NCBI GenBank assembly: GCA_964016885.1
Contig: OZ024742.1
Location: forward strand, 277,822,001 to 277,886,000
Reading direction: 5' to 3'
Length of the DNA stretch: 64,000 bases
Source of the DNA: Eledone cirrhosa
Taxonomy: Eukaryota
In this document: one piece after another, positions 1-15,296 of the stretch
Numbering within the stretch: the stretch's first letter is position 1
Layout of the letters: the number at the start of each line of letters is the position of its first letter
The notes under the pieces: generated by a model
Told to the model about the DNA's origin: nothing
Database searches by the model: none
Seen by the model: the letters and a program-made list of their open reading frames with translations, nothing else
Program-made: the position numbers and the translations under genes

Positions 1-14
1 CATTCTTGACAGTA

Positions 15-190
15 TATGCATGTGTGTATGTACGTACGTATGTATGTACGTATGCTTGTATGTATGTATGTATGTATGTATGTATGTATGTATGTATGTA
101 TGTATGTATGTGTGTATGTATATATGTATGTTTGATTGTATGTATGTATGTGTATAAGTATGTATGTATATATGTATATATGGGTGTATG
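15..190. repeat. (TATG)n microsatellite, degenerate
   Basis: Direct reading of tandem TATG units; produces the artefactual MYVC ORF. Confidence 0.95.
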
Positions 191-608
191 AGTCTTGGTC
201 ATAGTCGACTCAGAATGTCGAACAATAAAATCCCTGTGTGTGTATATCTGAGGGTGTCTGAGTTCATGTATGTATGAAGCTATATATGCATGCATGTATG
301 CGTATATGTATGGGTGTATGCAAAAGTGTATTCCTATGTACGCATATATGTGGATGTTCATATGTGTGAGCATTTGCATATGTGAATATATGTTTGTGTA
401 TTTGCGTTAGTATGTGTTTCTATTTGTATACGTATCTGTATGTTTGCACGTTTGTATGCTTACGTCCTGGTAAGTATTTGCATAGATGAGTATGCGTTTG
501 TGTAGGTTCATGCGTGTACGCGCGTATATATCTGTCTATTTATTTATGTAGTGTGCATGTGTGTATGCATGCTGATGTACACACAATTTCTCTCAAACAC
601 GCATACAT

Positions 609-609
<1 letters not shown>

Positions 610-698
<89 letters not shown>

Positions 699-718
699 TC
701 ACACTCACACTCACACAT
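610..718. repeat. (CA)n microsatellite
   Basis: Long CA run. Similar CA/TG tracts at ~1126-1212, 4190-4275, 16811-16895, 21720-21790, 22346-22424 and 42302-42420. Confidence 0.95.
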
Positions 719-1148
719 AGACATATTCACACATATATCTGAATAATATTTTAAATTATTCTCCATTTGTCTCGACTTTCTTCCTTTTGTACAGCGCATG
801 TGCAGAAGTTAAACTAGTTCCATCCAGGGACTGAAATCGGGTAATAAAATTCATATTATACTGGCATATAAAATATATTTCAATGTAATGTGACAGGAAA
901 AAAAAAAATAAATTGAAATTACACGGCTTACTCGATGTACAACTTTCTAAATTTCTTTCAACCAATCAAATCATTTACTACTATTTACTGCATACATGAG
1001 CGTAACGGTTCAATAAATTACAAGTATTGTTTGTGTTTGGTTTCTGCAATATACCTTTACAGATCTGGATCCTTTTGTAATTTCATTAGATACGTGTTTA
1101 CGTACAAGTGTGCGTGACTCTCTTTGTGTATGTGTGTGTGTGGTGTGT

Positions 1149-1216
<68 letters not shown>

Positions 1217-4186
1217 CTTCGAAACAAGACAATACTGTGATGTTTTGAGGCATCACAGATCACGTGATTACGGCTATTCTCTAGTCGCTTAATGATATCA
1301 GGATTTTTTTCCCTAAGTCATAGCGAACTCCTTAGATATAGGAAGGAAATGGTGATATATAAACAAAATCATGGGTTAATAACAATTAAAAGTTAATAAT
1401 ATCAGTAATTACTCAGATGACGTGGTTTCTATTTAGTGAATCTAATAATTGAAGATGCATTGCATGTGCACATTTTACAGTTAATTACAAAAGTGACCCT
1501 GGAGTCGATAAATATCCTCAGTGAGTTGTCCAATTTTCCAACTCAGGATAATTCGGCACCATGCCTCACAGATACCCACACCACTAATCGGTTGGTAGTA
1601 GCAGTGTGTGTGTCATCAGTGGCCTTATGTAGTAAGATATTAGATACATTACGGTGGGAATAAAGTGCACCAGAAGCACTCAACTAGAATATGTAAAGGC
1701 TTAGTTTCTAGGTGTAGAAATATAATAATGTTTTCGAAATCTGACGATACTGCAATGCCCCGGCACACCAAAGATCGTGTAGTTACAGTCACAGTCTACT
1801 CAGTGATAGAAACATTTTTCTGAATCAGAGCGAATTTTTGGATATGTACACCTCTCAAGAACAACAAATTTAGCCGATTAAATGCCAAATGTGAAAGGAA
1901 GAACATGCTGCAGACATTGTACACACCTTTCTTCAAACAGCTGTTGATCTATTACTAATTGATATCGAATGACATGTGAAAAGTTTCAAATATTTTCACA
2001 TATAGACAGTTCGTATAAAATGGCTAATAGAATTTTGCGACTTTATGGAAGTGTAATACAAAAAAGCTATTACTACATGGTAATACTTTATTTTTGTCAA
2101 TGCTGCTAGCACTTTAAATAAATCTTAATATTTTTGCTGTCTTGAAATCCTACTTTTGTTACCAAGAACACTGTCCAGGACTAATAAAACAATTTTTTAT
2201 TAAATGATCTTTGAACATTTTATTACATCGGCAATTAACGTCATCCTCCAGCTTCGCGTGAATAACAAGGCAAACATCAAACAACGCTTGAAAGCGCTTT
2301 ATGAAATTTAAATCTAAATTTAATTCCAAAGAGAAGAAACCAGAACATTTTTCTCCGAGAGTTCCTTATACTCTGAAGAAGGGAATTCTAAGTCCCGAAA
2401 TATTAGGACGAAAGAAACAACAGCAACAAAGAAAACAAAACAAAGATTACCAGGAAACTAACTTTTTGGTTAGCTTCATATTACCGTCCATTTTCCATTG
2501 TTTAGTCTTCCCACATTATATTTTATGGTTTGTAAATGGACAGCTTAACCTTTAGCGATTTTAACTAAGGGGAAGGGCAATTCCAACTGAGCAGACATTA
2601 AAATAGAGATGCAAAATCTGATTATAAATATAGAACAACGGAAAAACTGAAAAAAATAAACAACAAAAGGTAAAGAAAGAATTAAAAAGATTTTATGAAA
2701 GATGTCGTACATACTTAGTTCTTTGGAATGAGACTTTTGAATAGGCGGAAGACTTTGTGTAGACATATCTTGACTCAGTGTTGAGCAGCCACCAGTTAAG
2801 GTTTAGAAAGCAAGTAGTAACTATTGGTCAATTATTTGATGAGATTGTTATTGTAAAGAACATGTAATTAGGAAGAAAAATGATAAATTATTCGCTCAAT
2901 GCAAAGAAAAACACATATTAGTACAAAAAAAAATGCTTCCGCTCCAGTTGAACGGGTCCTTTCTATATTTAAAAAACTGTGTGGTCTGATGAGAAGAACA
3001 ATACGATAGAAACTACAGTCAGGGAGCTTCTGGTAACTAAAATAAACATTCTACTAAGCTACTCATAACTTTATGACAAAATTAAAAATGACAAGGAATT
3101 TCATCGTAAAGTAGTTTCGAGTGAAAAATATTAAAATACTGATGATTGAATAAAATATTACTTAGCAATAAAAACTTGTTTAGTTTAATTTATTTTTAAA
3201 TGTAACTGTTATTGACAATATTTTACATGCATATACTGTCATGTAAAGAATAGCTGCTTTGTACAATTTCTCTTTCTGTCCCTCAGTCCGGCTCTCAAGC
3301 TTCTAAGTGATAAAGACAAATTGTACTATTGTCAGCTCACACGTACTAAATCAGCACTTGCTAGGAACTGCTTTCATATGAGAAAACGTGTAATCATGTT
3401 AATATAATTGCAATAAATAATTCACAGACCCTCAGGCTGGTGGAGAGAGGAGATTTACTCTTCCTTAACACCCAGCCCACAACCCGCGTCTCTTCCAATT
3501 ATGGCATGCCTATACACACATACATACAAACATACACACATAGCATCCCGTTATATATATATATACACATACACACACACGCGCGTGCGTATATATATAT
3601 ATTTAATTGGCGGTATAGTCTTTTCTTTGCCGGTATGTTCTGAGTGAGATTCAATGATGAAATATTAACGAGTCTTGAAACAGCGATGTCTGACACTCTC
3701 AGAATATACTGGCAACTCTATGTTATATTCGTAGAGGAAAATAGAAAAACATTTTTTTTTTGTTTCGTTAGGGAAAAAACACTTTTCTCCGGCTGCGAAG
3801 CCACCCATATTTTTATTGCATATAAATGTATTATATATGTTTCCATATACACTTCTTATATAATGAAAATAGAAAAAGAAACTTATTTTTGACAACAGAA
3901 AATAGTCTTAAAGGGCATATGAATACCATAACGGAAAGAAATGCGTAATAATACGCGTATTAATGCTCTTTTCCTCCGTTATGGGGTTAATATATTCTGT
4001 TATTTGACTACTTTCTGTAGTCAAAATACGGTGAAAGGTTTTAATTCTATTTTCAAAATGTTCAATCACCGTATTATAAATCACACGTGCTTACACCCCC
4101 ACACACATATATATACACACACGAACAAATAAATGTTGAAACATATCTAAACACATATATATGCCTAAACATACACACATACATAG

Positions 4187-4222
<36 letters not shown>

Positions 4223-4466
4223 ACACAGAGACACACACACACACACACACACAGACACACACACACACACACACATACATATATATAGTAGTATTTGATA
4301 GGTAAAAATATTCAAGGTATAGAGCGCCTCAAGACCGTAGGGCGAGTTTGAATATAATTATTAAGGCCAGTTACTATAACGGTACCATACCAGGTACGTA
4401 CGTTTCGTTAGCCCTGAGGACCAGCTTGTTCAACCTTTGCCGATGAATAGGAACTGGAAAAATATG

Positions 4467-4501
<35 letters not shown>

Positions 4502-4529
4502 GTATATATTTATTTATATATATGCGAAA

Positions 4530-4808
4530 GCGCATGGCTTAGTGGTTAGGGTATTCAGCTCAAGATCGTAGGGTGACACTTTAGTTAACGTTTCTCTAAT
4601 CCACTAAGCTGCCAAAAAAGAGTTGTATCTGTAATTCGAAGGAGAAGGTGGCTTTGTTATATTATGTGTCATTCTAAATCTCTCCTGAGAACAAAGCTAC
4701 ACGTGTCTGTGGAAGACTCAGCTATTTGCTTGTTAATTTCACGTGCAGGTAGTTCTGTTGATCATATGTACTGGAACACTCGTCGTCGTAACCGACGGAG
4801 TGCCAGTT

Positions 4809-4809
<1 letters not shown>
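4530..4809 (+). mobile_element. tRNA-derived SINE, degenerate (second SINE family)
   Basis: A-box-like head GCGCATGGCTTAGTGGTTAGGG, body, then a (TATG)n tail. The B-box region appears deleted. Confidence 0.55.
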
Positions 4810-4840
<31 letters not shown>

Positions 4841-4873
4841 TGTATGTATGTATGTATGTATGTATGTATGTAT

Positions 4874-5623
4874 GACCCCTTAGCCTTTGTCAAGGCAGAA
4901 TTCTAGGAGAAGGAAAACTCTGATATAACACCTGCAACCCTGATGGTATCCAATGATGTTGACTTGTTCTTCTTTTTGGTAAATATCTTCTTGGTTAAGA
5001 GAGTGGGACTGGCTTTGTGCAGTGCCTTTGCTCACTATAAATGCTTCACGGCACAGGCATTGCTTTATATCTGGAGATCTCTCTGCACTAGTCGTCACAT
5101 GGTACCATGGGCCCAGCACTATGTGTCAATAATTGTCACAGGTGTAGTGTTTGTACCAGAGTTTTCAAGTCGCTGGCTGGACTAAAAAGTCACACTCATT
5201 CAGCGCATCGGTAGGGGTTCTCCTACATGGATATAAAGTAGTGGCCGTACTCGAAAACGAGTTGGCAGCCACCAATGTATGTATGTATGTATGTATGTAT
5301 GTATGTATGTATGTATGTATGTATGTATGTATGTATGCATATGTATGTAGAGTGGGACTGGCTTTGTGCCGTGCCTTTGCTCACTATAAAAGCTTCACAG
5401 CACAGGCATTGCTTTATATCTGGAGATCTCTCTGCTCTTGTCGTCACATGGTACCATGGGCCCAGCACTATGTGTCAATAATTGTCACAAGTGTAGTGTT
5501 TGCACCAGAGTTTTCAAGTCGCTGGCTGGACTAAAAAGTCACACTTGTTCAGCGCATCGGTAGGGGTTCTCCTACATGGATATAAAGTAGTGGTCGTACT
5601 CGAAAACGAGTTGGCAGCCACCA
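4874..5623. repeat. Unclassified repeat fragment in a (TATG)n tract, with a 275-bp direct duplication (5000-5274 / 5349-5623)
   Basis: Two near-identical copies AGAGTGGGACTGG...GGCAGCCACCA, separated and flanked by (TATG)n. Confidence 0.85.
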
Positions 5624-6084
5624 TATGTATGTACGTATGTATGTATGAGGTTATACAGAGTATATATATATATACATATATATATATTTGAGTGTTCATA
5701 TTATTCGTTAACTATTTCCAGCTTCAGTTGATACATGTGTGTGTGCGTATGTCTGTATGTGTGTGCGTGTGTGTACAAATAAACATACATTCCTACCCAC
5801 ACGCAGGAATATACACACATATATATAACAGACGTATATATGGGAATAAATAGATACCCAGAAAAAATGTATATTTCCGATGTCAAACTTTCACCTTGGA
5901 GATAATTTATAAATTTCCACCGCCACACCGGCAACACACATGCATACACACATATACACATACATATACACCCGCGCGCGCAAACAGAGACAAATGCAAA
6001 CATTCACAGATACACATAAACATAATAAAAACACGCTTATACACATGGGCACATACATATTCATAAACACACACACATGTGTGT

Positions 6085-7490
<1,406 letters not shown>

Positions 7491-8198
7491 TTAAAGACAC
7501 AAATATAGACACGCACAAACAGACAAACACACACGGATACACATTCGCATACACACACAGACACATGCGTATAGACATGGTCACGTACATACTCACTCAC
7601 ACACAGGCACGTACACACACACATATAGACACACTGTCAGACACATACATACTATCCCAGCCACAACCAACCCACTCTTCGTGTCACCCCCATCTTATCA
7701 TCACACCAAATTATACCATCACTTACCTAAATTACATTATCGCTCCATGTGTTAAGATATGTTCCGTTAATCACCCACTCCTCACTCGCACTCGCCTGTT
7801 CATTATTTATTAGGGTTAAAGCCCTTCTCATACCCATCATCATCATCATCAACATCCATATCATCACCATCATCATCATCATCATCATCATTCTTCTTCG
7901 CCGTCATCGTCAGAATCGCCATATAAACACGTATGCTCACACATATATATGTATATGTAAAATGATATATAAATATATATAAATTTACACACACACACAC
8001 ACGTGTGTGTGTATGTGTGTGTTCTGTATATATGTGTGTGTATGTGTATGTGCGCGTATGTATATGTGTATTTGACTCTCTCTGTGGGTACGATTTACTT
8101 TTAATGCTGTATTGTATTGTATTGTTCTTAATTCTATTGTATTGCTTGCCAACACTTCTGTTGTCACTTTTTACCATTCTAGTGAATAAAAGTATTGC

Positions 8199-8199
<1 letters not shown>

Positions 8200-8250
<51 letters not shown>

Positions 8251-8253
8251 TAA
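8200..8253. repeat. (AAT)n microsatellite
   Basis: Direct reading. Confidence 0.95.
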
Positions 8254-10639
8254 ATGTTGTATTTTCCTCAATACTTATTACTATATTCACCCCCTTTGTT
8301 CTTTCCTTGTACTGACATTTTTTTTCTCAATTATATATTATTAATCAATTTTGTTTTTTACATTTTCTTCAAAATCTTTAACACACAACCAAAGAATAAT
8401 CGTGATGGTAGAAACGGCGCTTAAAATGGTTTTATTTCATTGTTGTAAGTCATAAGAGAAAGTTATGTGGCCATGACCTTTTGCACGGGCTCCTAGAATG
8501 GTAAAGATAGCAGAGTAGGGAAGAGGAAACTTCGAATCAATCATTGGTTATCCTTCGACTAGAGAGCTGTAGTTTATATTAATGCCTATTCCTATACATT
8601 TCCACTGACTTCGGTTATTGAACAATATCCATGGTGGGCACCAATTTCAAAGGTTTAGTCGGTTACATCTGTCGGTATCAGTACATAATTTATTAGCTGC
8701 GACATATTTAACGAACCCGGGAGGATAAAAAACAAATGGGCTTTGTCTTGATTTGAACTCAGATAGTAACGACAGAAATGTCATTGATTGCAAAAATAAT
8801 AACAAATAGATATATATTTGTACATGAATGTTTTTAGGTGAAGATTCATTAGAGCGTAGGACAAAATGTCTTGTGGTATACCACCGTACTTTATTTTATC
8901 GGACCTAGGAAAGATGAAAAGCGTCGATAGAATAAAGTACCAGTCTCAAGGTGGTGGGATAGCAGAATTGTTAGAGTCGGACAAGATTTCTTGTAGTAGT
9001 TGCCTCCGGCTCTTTGCATTCAAATTCAGTTCAAATTATACCGAGTCTTTCTTGGGTGGTAGACTTAATCCATCACTTGGTTTAACACCACAACCTGTTC
9101 CTCGATGCCTTCAACGCACTCCATTCTTTTGTAAGATTTCGGATCAGGTGTTCTGTTTGAGGGTAGTTTCTTATTCCTTCTCATCAGTCTCAGAGACCCT
9201 GAAAAGGGTCTTAGGTAATGCTCTCTACTCTGCCGGACTAAACAATAAACAAATTGCACAGTAGAGCGATGTTTATCTTTTCTTGAAATATCAGAAGCAC
9301 TAATAGAAATGATACTTGTTGTATATCATGCTCTTTACTATTTGCACTTGGAGTTCAATATACAATGAACAGTTGATTGGAAGAGCGCAGTCTTTCTCGG
9401 CTGTGAGCATTTTCGGTAAAAAAATTAACTTTGATTGGACATTCTTTGAGAGGAGCAAATATACCGTTGGGTACTTTTTATAAATAAGAAAATAACATAT
9501 AAAAACACCCAGCAAACAAAAACAGCGACAAAAATAAAACAAACAAAGCTGAAAATTTATTTTTTAGTGTTGTAGGAGTTTTGCGAACGAGATATCTCAC
9601 AAGTTAATGATGATCAAATCTGGTGGTTCACAGTTCTTGTTTTACTTGCGGTGCACTTTAGGAAAATATGAATATTTAGTGCACTTTTTAGATAAAGTCG
9701 AAAAATATATTTAAAAAATACGTGTTTATATATACTAGCTTATTTGGACTCATTCTTTATTAAATAAATGAGGCATAGTTATGCGGATTTCATATTTAGA
9801 ATTTCAGTTTGTATTTTCCACATTTAAATGTTATCATTTTATCATTATTTTATGGTACGGCTATTTGTACACAAGAGTGCTGTAGCATACGGTTTAGAAA
9901 CACCGACTTAGTTGAACTGGGGAAACCCGAATGGTGGCCAATAGTGAGAGGGGGTTGGCTAGTATTGAGCCACAACATACTTGACATTGCTTAAATGTTT
10001 AAATATCTCAGAGGAGTTATAGTTAAAATGAATATTTTATTTTAAAGTTAACTACATTTTTTGTGGTATGAAAATATTTTAATATTGTGAAGTACACACC
10101 AGATGACAATCGAAGACTACACTGGAAGATGAGGGCAATAGTTTGCAAAATTATCTTCGTATCTTTTACGTTGAAAACTTTCCCTTATAGAAACAGAAGA
10201 GGACAACGATAAAATACCATGAGATGAGATGAAATAATGCGATGAAGATATATGAAAAAACAAAAAACAAACAAAACAAATAAAAAACAAAACAAAAAAA
10301 AAAACAAGCTGCAAAAGAACAACTTTGCTCGACTGATTCTTGAAATCAGCAATACTGCGATGTGCAACACTCAACTGGTACTTTCATGGATGGTAGAATT
10401 TATCAAGGAATAACTTCTGTTAGCAAAGTGGGTGCTAACATAATGTTGTGAACGAAGATACTTTTTATGAATTGACATTAACCCTTAGTGAGGAGATATG
10501 TCCTCAGCATAATTATTAATTTGGTCTAATAGAAGATGACGCCTGGTCTTTGGTCAAGACTAACCAAGAGCTTGCACCTGGAAAGTTTCTTGCACCTGGC
10601 AAGTTGATTTGTGGAAGGCAAGTAGCAGATGTTCAATAG

Positions 10640-10822
10640 GGAAAGGCTGATATAGCTTAGCACCAGTGTCATTGCAACAAAATTCTTCTAGCTGGGCGAA
10701 GAATAACAACAGGAAATACAGTGTCTTGCTCAAAGAAACGATATACCACCCGGCCCAGGAATCGAACTCATTACCTTACAATCGCTGTTTTTCAACACGC
10801 TAATCACAAAGTCACCCGCCTT
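10640..10822 (-). mobile_element. tRNA-derived SINE, degenerate
   Basis: Minus strand shows a B-box-like GAGTTCGATTCCTGGGCCGGG followed by TTGAGCAAGACACT. Confidence 0.55.
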
Positions 10823-11267
10823 TAGTCTAGCAAGACCAAAATATATACCGAGTTGTCACTACTTGTGAAGACCAAGCTCACTAGCAACTGCATTTCCTCA
10901 TTAAATTCCATTAATTTTAATTAATTTTAATTGGAGGTTTGTTTCCCTTGTATTTCTCGACCAGAATTAATCATTCAGCTGAGTTTTATTTTTCTCTACA
11001 CTATTTTAATTGTAATTGATTAACAGTTGTTTCTTCACATTAAACTAAACTAGCACGAACTTAACTATTTACGTTCAGTGATATTGTGATCAGTGATAGG
11101 CTGGTTGTAAAGGCATTGTGATGATAGGCAGGGTGGTAGTGTCGGAAGCAGTGATTGGTTAGTGATAATTGAGTGGTGCTGATTGGTTGGTAGTGATTGG
11201 GTAGTAATGTGTTTTGGTAGTAATGGGTGTAATAGTGTTAGTGGAGATAGTGGTGGTGATAGTGATT

Positions 11268-11740
11268 CTGGTGGTGATGGTGGTGATGGTGGTGATGGTG
11301 GTGATGGTGGTGATGGTGGTGATGGTGGTGATGGTGGTGATGGTGGTGATGGTGGTGATGGTGGTGATGGTGGTGATGGTGGTGATGGTGATGGTGGTGA
11401 TGGTGATTCTGGTGGTGATGGTGGTGATGGTGGTGATGGTAGTGATGGTGGTGATGGTGGTGATGGTGGTGATGGTGGTGATGGTGGTGATGGTGGTGAT
11501 GGTGATTCTGGTGGTGATGGTGGTGATGGTGGTGATGGTGGTGATGGTGGTGATGGTGATTCTGGTGGTGATGGTGGTGATGGTGGTGATGGTGATTCTG
11601 GTGGTGATGGTGGTGATGGGGATGGCGGTCATGGTGGTGTTGATGGTGGTGATGGTGATTCTGGTGGTGATGGTGGTGATGGGGTTGGCTGCCGGGATGG
11701 TGGTGATGGGGATGGCGGTCGTGATGGTAGTGATGGTGGT
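11268..11740. repeat. (GGTGGTGAT)n 9-mer minisatellite with interspersed GGTGATTCT variants
   Basis: Direct reading; open in several frames (GDG / VVM / ITT). Confidence 0.93.
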
Positions 11741-12234
11741 GTTGGGAACAGTAGCGGGTAGCGTTGTGGTGGTGGTAGTGGTAGCAATGGAAGTTGAGGT
11801 GGTGGTGATGGTAGTTTTAACTGGAGTGAAGTGATGGTGTTAATGGTGGCAGTGGTGAAGCGAAGGTGTTGGTGGTGATGAAGATAACAGACGTGGTTGA
11901 TAGTATGTTGGTGGCGGAGGTGGGAAAATGACGCGGGTGGTGATGCTGGTGAAGCAATGGTGTTGGTGTATGTGCATCAGCGTATGTGCTTATGCGTGGG
12001 GGAATTTGTGTATATATGTGTGTATATGTGTCCGTGGGCCATTTATGTATACGTGTTTATGGGTGTGTTTATATGTGTGTATGTGTGTGTGTGCAAAAAT
12101 TGTGTATGCGCATGTATGGGTATGTATATATGGATATATGGAAACAGATGTGTATTTGTGTGTATATGTGTATGTGTGTGTAAATGTGTGTATACATATA
12201 CGTATATGTATGTATACCAATATTAGAATGCATG

Positions 12235-12426
12235 GGGCGGTGAATTAGCAGTATCGGTAGAGGGTTGGACGCCATGCTTTCTAGCATAGTTACGTCCCTT
12301 TACAGTCCCAGTTCAAATCCCGCCAAGGTTAACTTTGCCTTTCATCCTTACGGGGTCGATAAAATAAAGTACCAGTAATGTACTGGGTAAATGCTGGCCT
12401 TGTGCCTAAAGTAGAAACAAATATTA
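12235..12426 (+). mobile_element. tRNA-derived SINE (main family in the window; resembles octopus OR-type SINEs)
   Basis: GGCGGTGAATTAGCAG head, B-box GTTCAAATCC, conserved core CTTTGCCTTTCATCCTTACGGGGTCGATAAAATAAAGTACCAG, tail GGCCTTGTGCCTAAAGTAGAAAC. Confidence 0.8.
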
Positions 12427-12927
12427 GAATGCATGACTATGTATGGATATCGGCACGATGTGAGTGTGTGAGTGTCTGTATGAGAGCGCGTCTATGTGGG
12501 GAGGAGAGGAAGAAGAGGAGTAGAAAAGGAGAGAGTAAGAGATAGAGATAAATAAATAGAGAGAAAAAGCGACATAGATAGAGAGATGGAGATATAGCTG
12601 CACTAGTCTTACTTGAAATGCCATAATATATTTTATTTAACTTAATTTCCCAGATCAACATTCGAGTTTCATTTGAAAGCGCCAGGCATCCTGTGAAGCA
12701 ACCGAGCGAAAATATCAGTTCTCCCCCCTGCCAATGTCTCTCACTTCAACAACAAGCAAACGATTCTTTTTGCATGTACCTTCTCTAGCACATCTCATTG
12801 TCTTCCTAATCTGGTCGCGTTGCTGTTGTTCCCTTTGTCTCACCTCTCACCATCTATCTATTTTTAAAGTTCTATCCTTCAAACATAATGTATACATATA
12901 TGTATATATATGTAGGTATGTATAGGT

Positions 12928-13338
12928 ACATACATATATGTATACAGACGTACAGTAGCTTGTATATACATACATACATACATACATACATACATACATA
13001 CATACATGCACACATATATATATGTACGTATGGGTTTACCGAACATTTATTATAATGCTCGGTTTGTTTGTAAACAAACAGCCCGAATTATTAGCCGTAC
13101 AGTGTTCAGCAACCATCGGTGCCCTATTTGTTCTACACTGATCAAGGAACGATGAACTAGTTTCTAGTTTATTAGCTGTCATCAGCACCGTATATCTTCC
13201 TGTCAGTTGATTGAACGTTTGAAAGTATATACTTTCCTTATGCATATTAAAATGAAAATGTTTTCCATCTAACGTTTTCGGTACGCCCGGCCGACTAACT
13301 CACTCGATATGCAAATTAGGCTGCTCAGCCGTTAATAT
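12928..13338. repeat. Copy 1 of a ~370-400 bp non-coding duplicated element (other copy 21907-22275); last ~80 bp inverted
   Basis: Clear alignment from CATATATGTATACAGACGTACAGTAG to CCTTATGCATATTA; 13258-13338 is the reverse complement of 22194-22275. Confidence 0.85.
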
Positions 13339-14393
13339 GTACAAGGTGTGGATACTGCGACTGTTGGTGTTACCACCACTGCTGCCGCTACTTTAGTTGT
13401 CTGTGGCCTTGGTATGTGTGAAACGGACGTTTCCCTCCTACTCCCCATGGAAGGGTCTTCTGCCTCTGTTGCCTGCCCTGCTCTTGGTAGCAGCGGATCA
13501 GGTGTCGGAAGGAGGGGGGCCCTCTTCTTGACTGACTTCTGCGGGCAGAAGGCCTTGAGGTGACCCTTCTGCCCACAGAGATAGCACTTTGGGCGCCTTC
13601 CTTCCACACTTACAGGGAGTTGGAGCCCTTCTTCGAGGTCTATGATGTCTAGGATGGCCTCGATGCACTCCTGGTCAGTCTGTTTTAGCATTTGCATACC
13701 TATTCCTGACCAGTTCTCTCTTCCCATTCTCTGTATTTGCAGTATGGTGGTCTTCTCCTCAATTCTAGCCAGTACAGACACGGCCAGCCAAGGCATGGGC
13801 ATGTCGGGCGGGACCTTGGTCACTTTAACCTTCACAATTTTCTGCCCGCAGTAGGAGGGCACCAAGATTATCTCCTCACTCTTTAGGGTTTCAAAAGTGT
13901 GAGACTTCGCCTCTTGGATGGTGGCGAAAAGTACGTCTACTGTGGCGTACTTTTTGCCTCGGATGATGCGGGTTTTGCGCGTCCAGACGCACCCCAAGGC
14001 CTTTTGGATTTGAACCTCCGTGGGTCTCTCCATTCGATGTGACATTTTGCGGTAAGTCACCGTGCGCAGCTGCTGGTCTTTGAAGAAATCGGGTGGAGGT
14101 TTCAGGGAAACTCTATTGTCGTATTTCGACACCATGGCTCTTGCTATTGCCATCTCCTCCCCCGTAAGAAGCACTGTCTGTATATTTCGGGCCACACCTG
14201 CGAAAGAAGTGGCCCCTTTTTCGGCGGCACCATTATTGCTGCCGCTACTGCTGCTACTGGTCTTGTTATTGGTGCTGTTGCTGTTGCTATTGCTACAAAC
14301 GGTGTTGTTGGTGTTGTTGCTGTTATCACTGTTGTAGTTGGTTAACTCGACCATAGGGGAGTTTGGGACAATATAATAATGAAATACACACAT
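13332..14393 (-). mobile_element. Tx1-like LINE ORF1 fragment (gag-like zinc knuckle), no ORF2
   Basis: 353-aa frame with N/S-rich N-terminus, SFA motif and VEGRRPK-CYLCGQKGHLKAFC (CX2CX4HX4C); homologous to ORF1 at 57436 and 53420-55050. Confidence 0.88.
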
Positions 14394-14984
14394 TTATACA
14401 TATTCATATGTGTGTGTGTGTGGCGTCCGCCTTAACAAGTTTTGCTCGGTGACCGAAAGAGTTAAAATAAACAAAATAATTAAAATAACTCAATAACCAG
14501 AACTATTTATCAAATTAAAAATACGAGGAAATAATAGACAAAAATATGCCTATTTTTTCTTCAAAGTCCCAACTGCAGTTTCGCCGAATATATATTCTTT
14601 GTATGGGCATGATAAGTTGTTTCAATAAACTGTCAATCTTTCACAAGGGAAATATTTCTTTATTAGAGATGTCCAGTTTGTTCGAATAGGAATAACTACT
14701 TTTATACAATAATTCTAACATTGAGTTCTTTCTTACTTGCAGGCCTCTACGATACACGTTTCCTCGGTAACACAGAAACGACCTTTAAATTCGAACAAAA
14801 AATTATTTTAAAAAGTATTGTATTCTGAATATCATTTGAATTATAGCAGTTGAAACTGATTAATTTTCTGTAATACCAATTCTCCTCTAACTGCTTACAT
14901 TTCCACAAAGCATCAAACACTTCACAAATGTCCCTGATTGTAGGAAATTTACGTGAAAAGGAAAGGAAGGGGCCAAATTCGTTT

Positions 14985-15296
14985 ATGACTGGTCATGCCT
15001 CTGATTGACCATGTGTTTGTCTCCTTCTCCGAAGCATCGGTCTGGGGACGTTGATTTGTAAGAGACAAGCAGTAGTTCATGCATGCAAGTTTGCCATCAC
15101 CACGGCATCAATGTTATCCAAGGGAAATTGAAAAACAAAAGCTGATACAACTTTGTACCAGTGTCGTCGCAAGTCATTCTTTCCAGTTGAATGCATCGGG
15201 AAATAACGTGTGGCTCAAGGCAAAAATGCATCGCCCGGTTGAGGAATTGAATTCACGGCCTTACGATCGTAAGCAATCTAACTACTAAGCCAGGCG
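14985..15296 (-). mobile_element. tRNA-derived SINE, degenerate
   Basis: Minus-strand head CCTGGCTTAGTAGTTAG...GTGAATTCAATTCC; same family as 10640-10822. Confidence 0.5.

Noticed and set aside
2983-3025. CTGATGA...GAAAC...GTC hammerhead-like string
   Set aside because: Neither stem I nor stem II can pair.
9160-9192. Minus-strand CTGATGA...GAAAC string
   Set aside because: No stem II or stem III pairing.
11159-11834. Gly-Asp-rich, Thr-rich (antifreeze/mucin-like) or Val-Met ORFs
   Set aside because: A 9-bp minisatellite open in several frames, with no signal peptide or convincing splice context.
12235-12330. tRNA genes at SINE heads
   Set aside because: Only A/B-box-like remnants; no cloverleaf can be formed.
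13036-13245. Possible coding exon in the duplicated element (69-aa ORF, GTAAAC donor-like end)
   Set aside because: The second copy has an in-frame stop and indels; no recognisable protein motif.
14440-14465. piggyBac-like end (CCGAAAGAG|TTAA)
   Set aside because: Single end only; too short to support.
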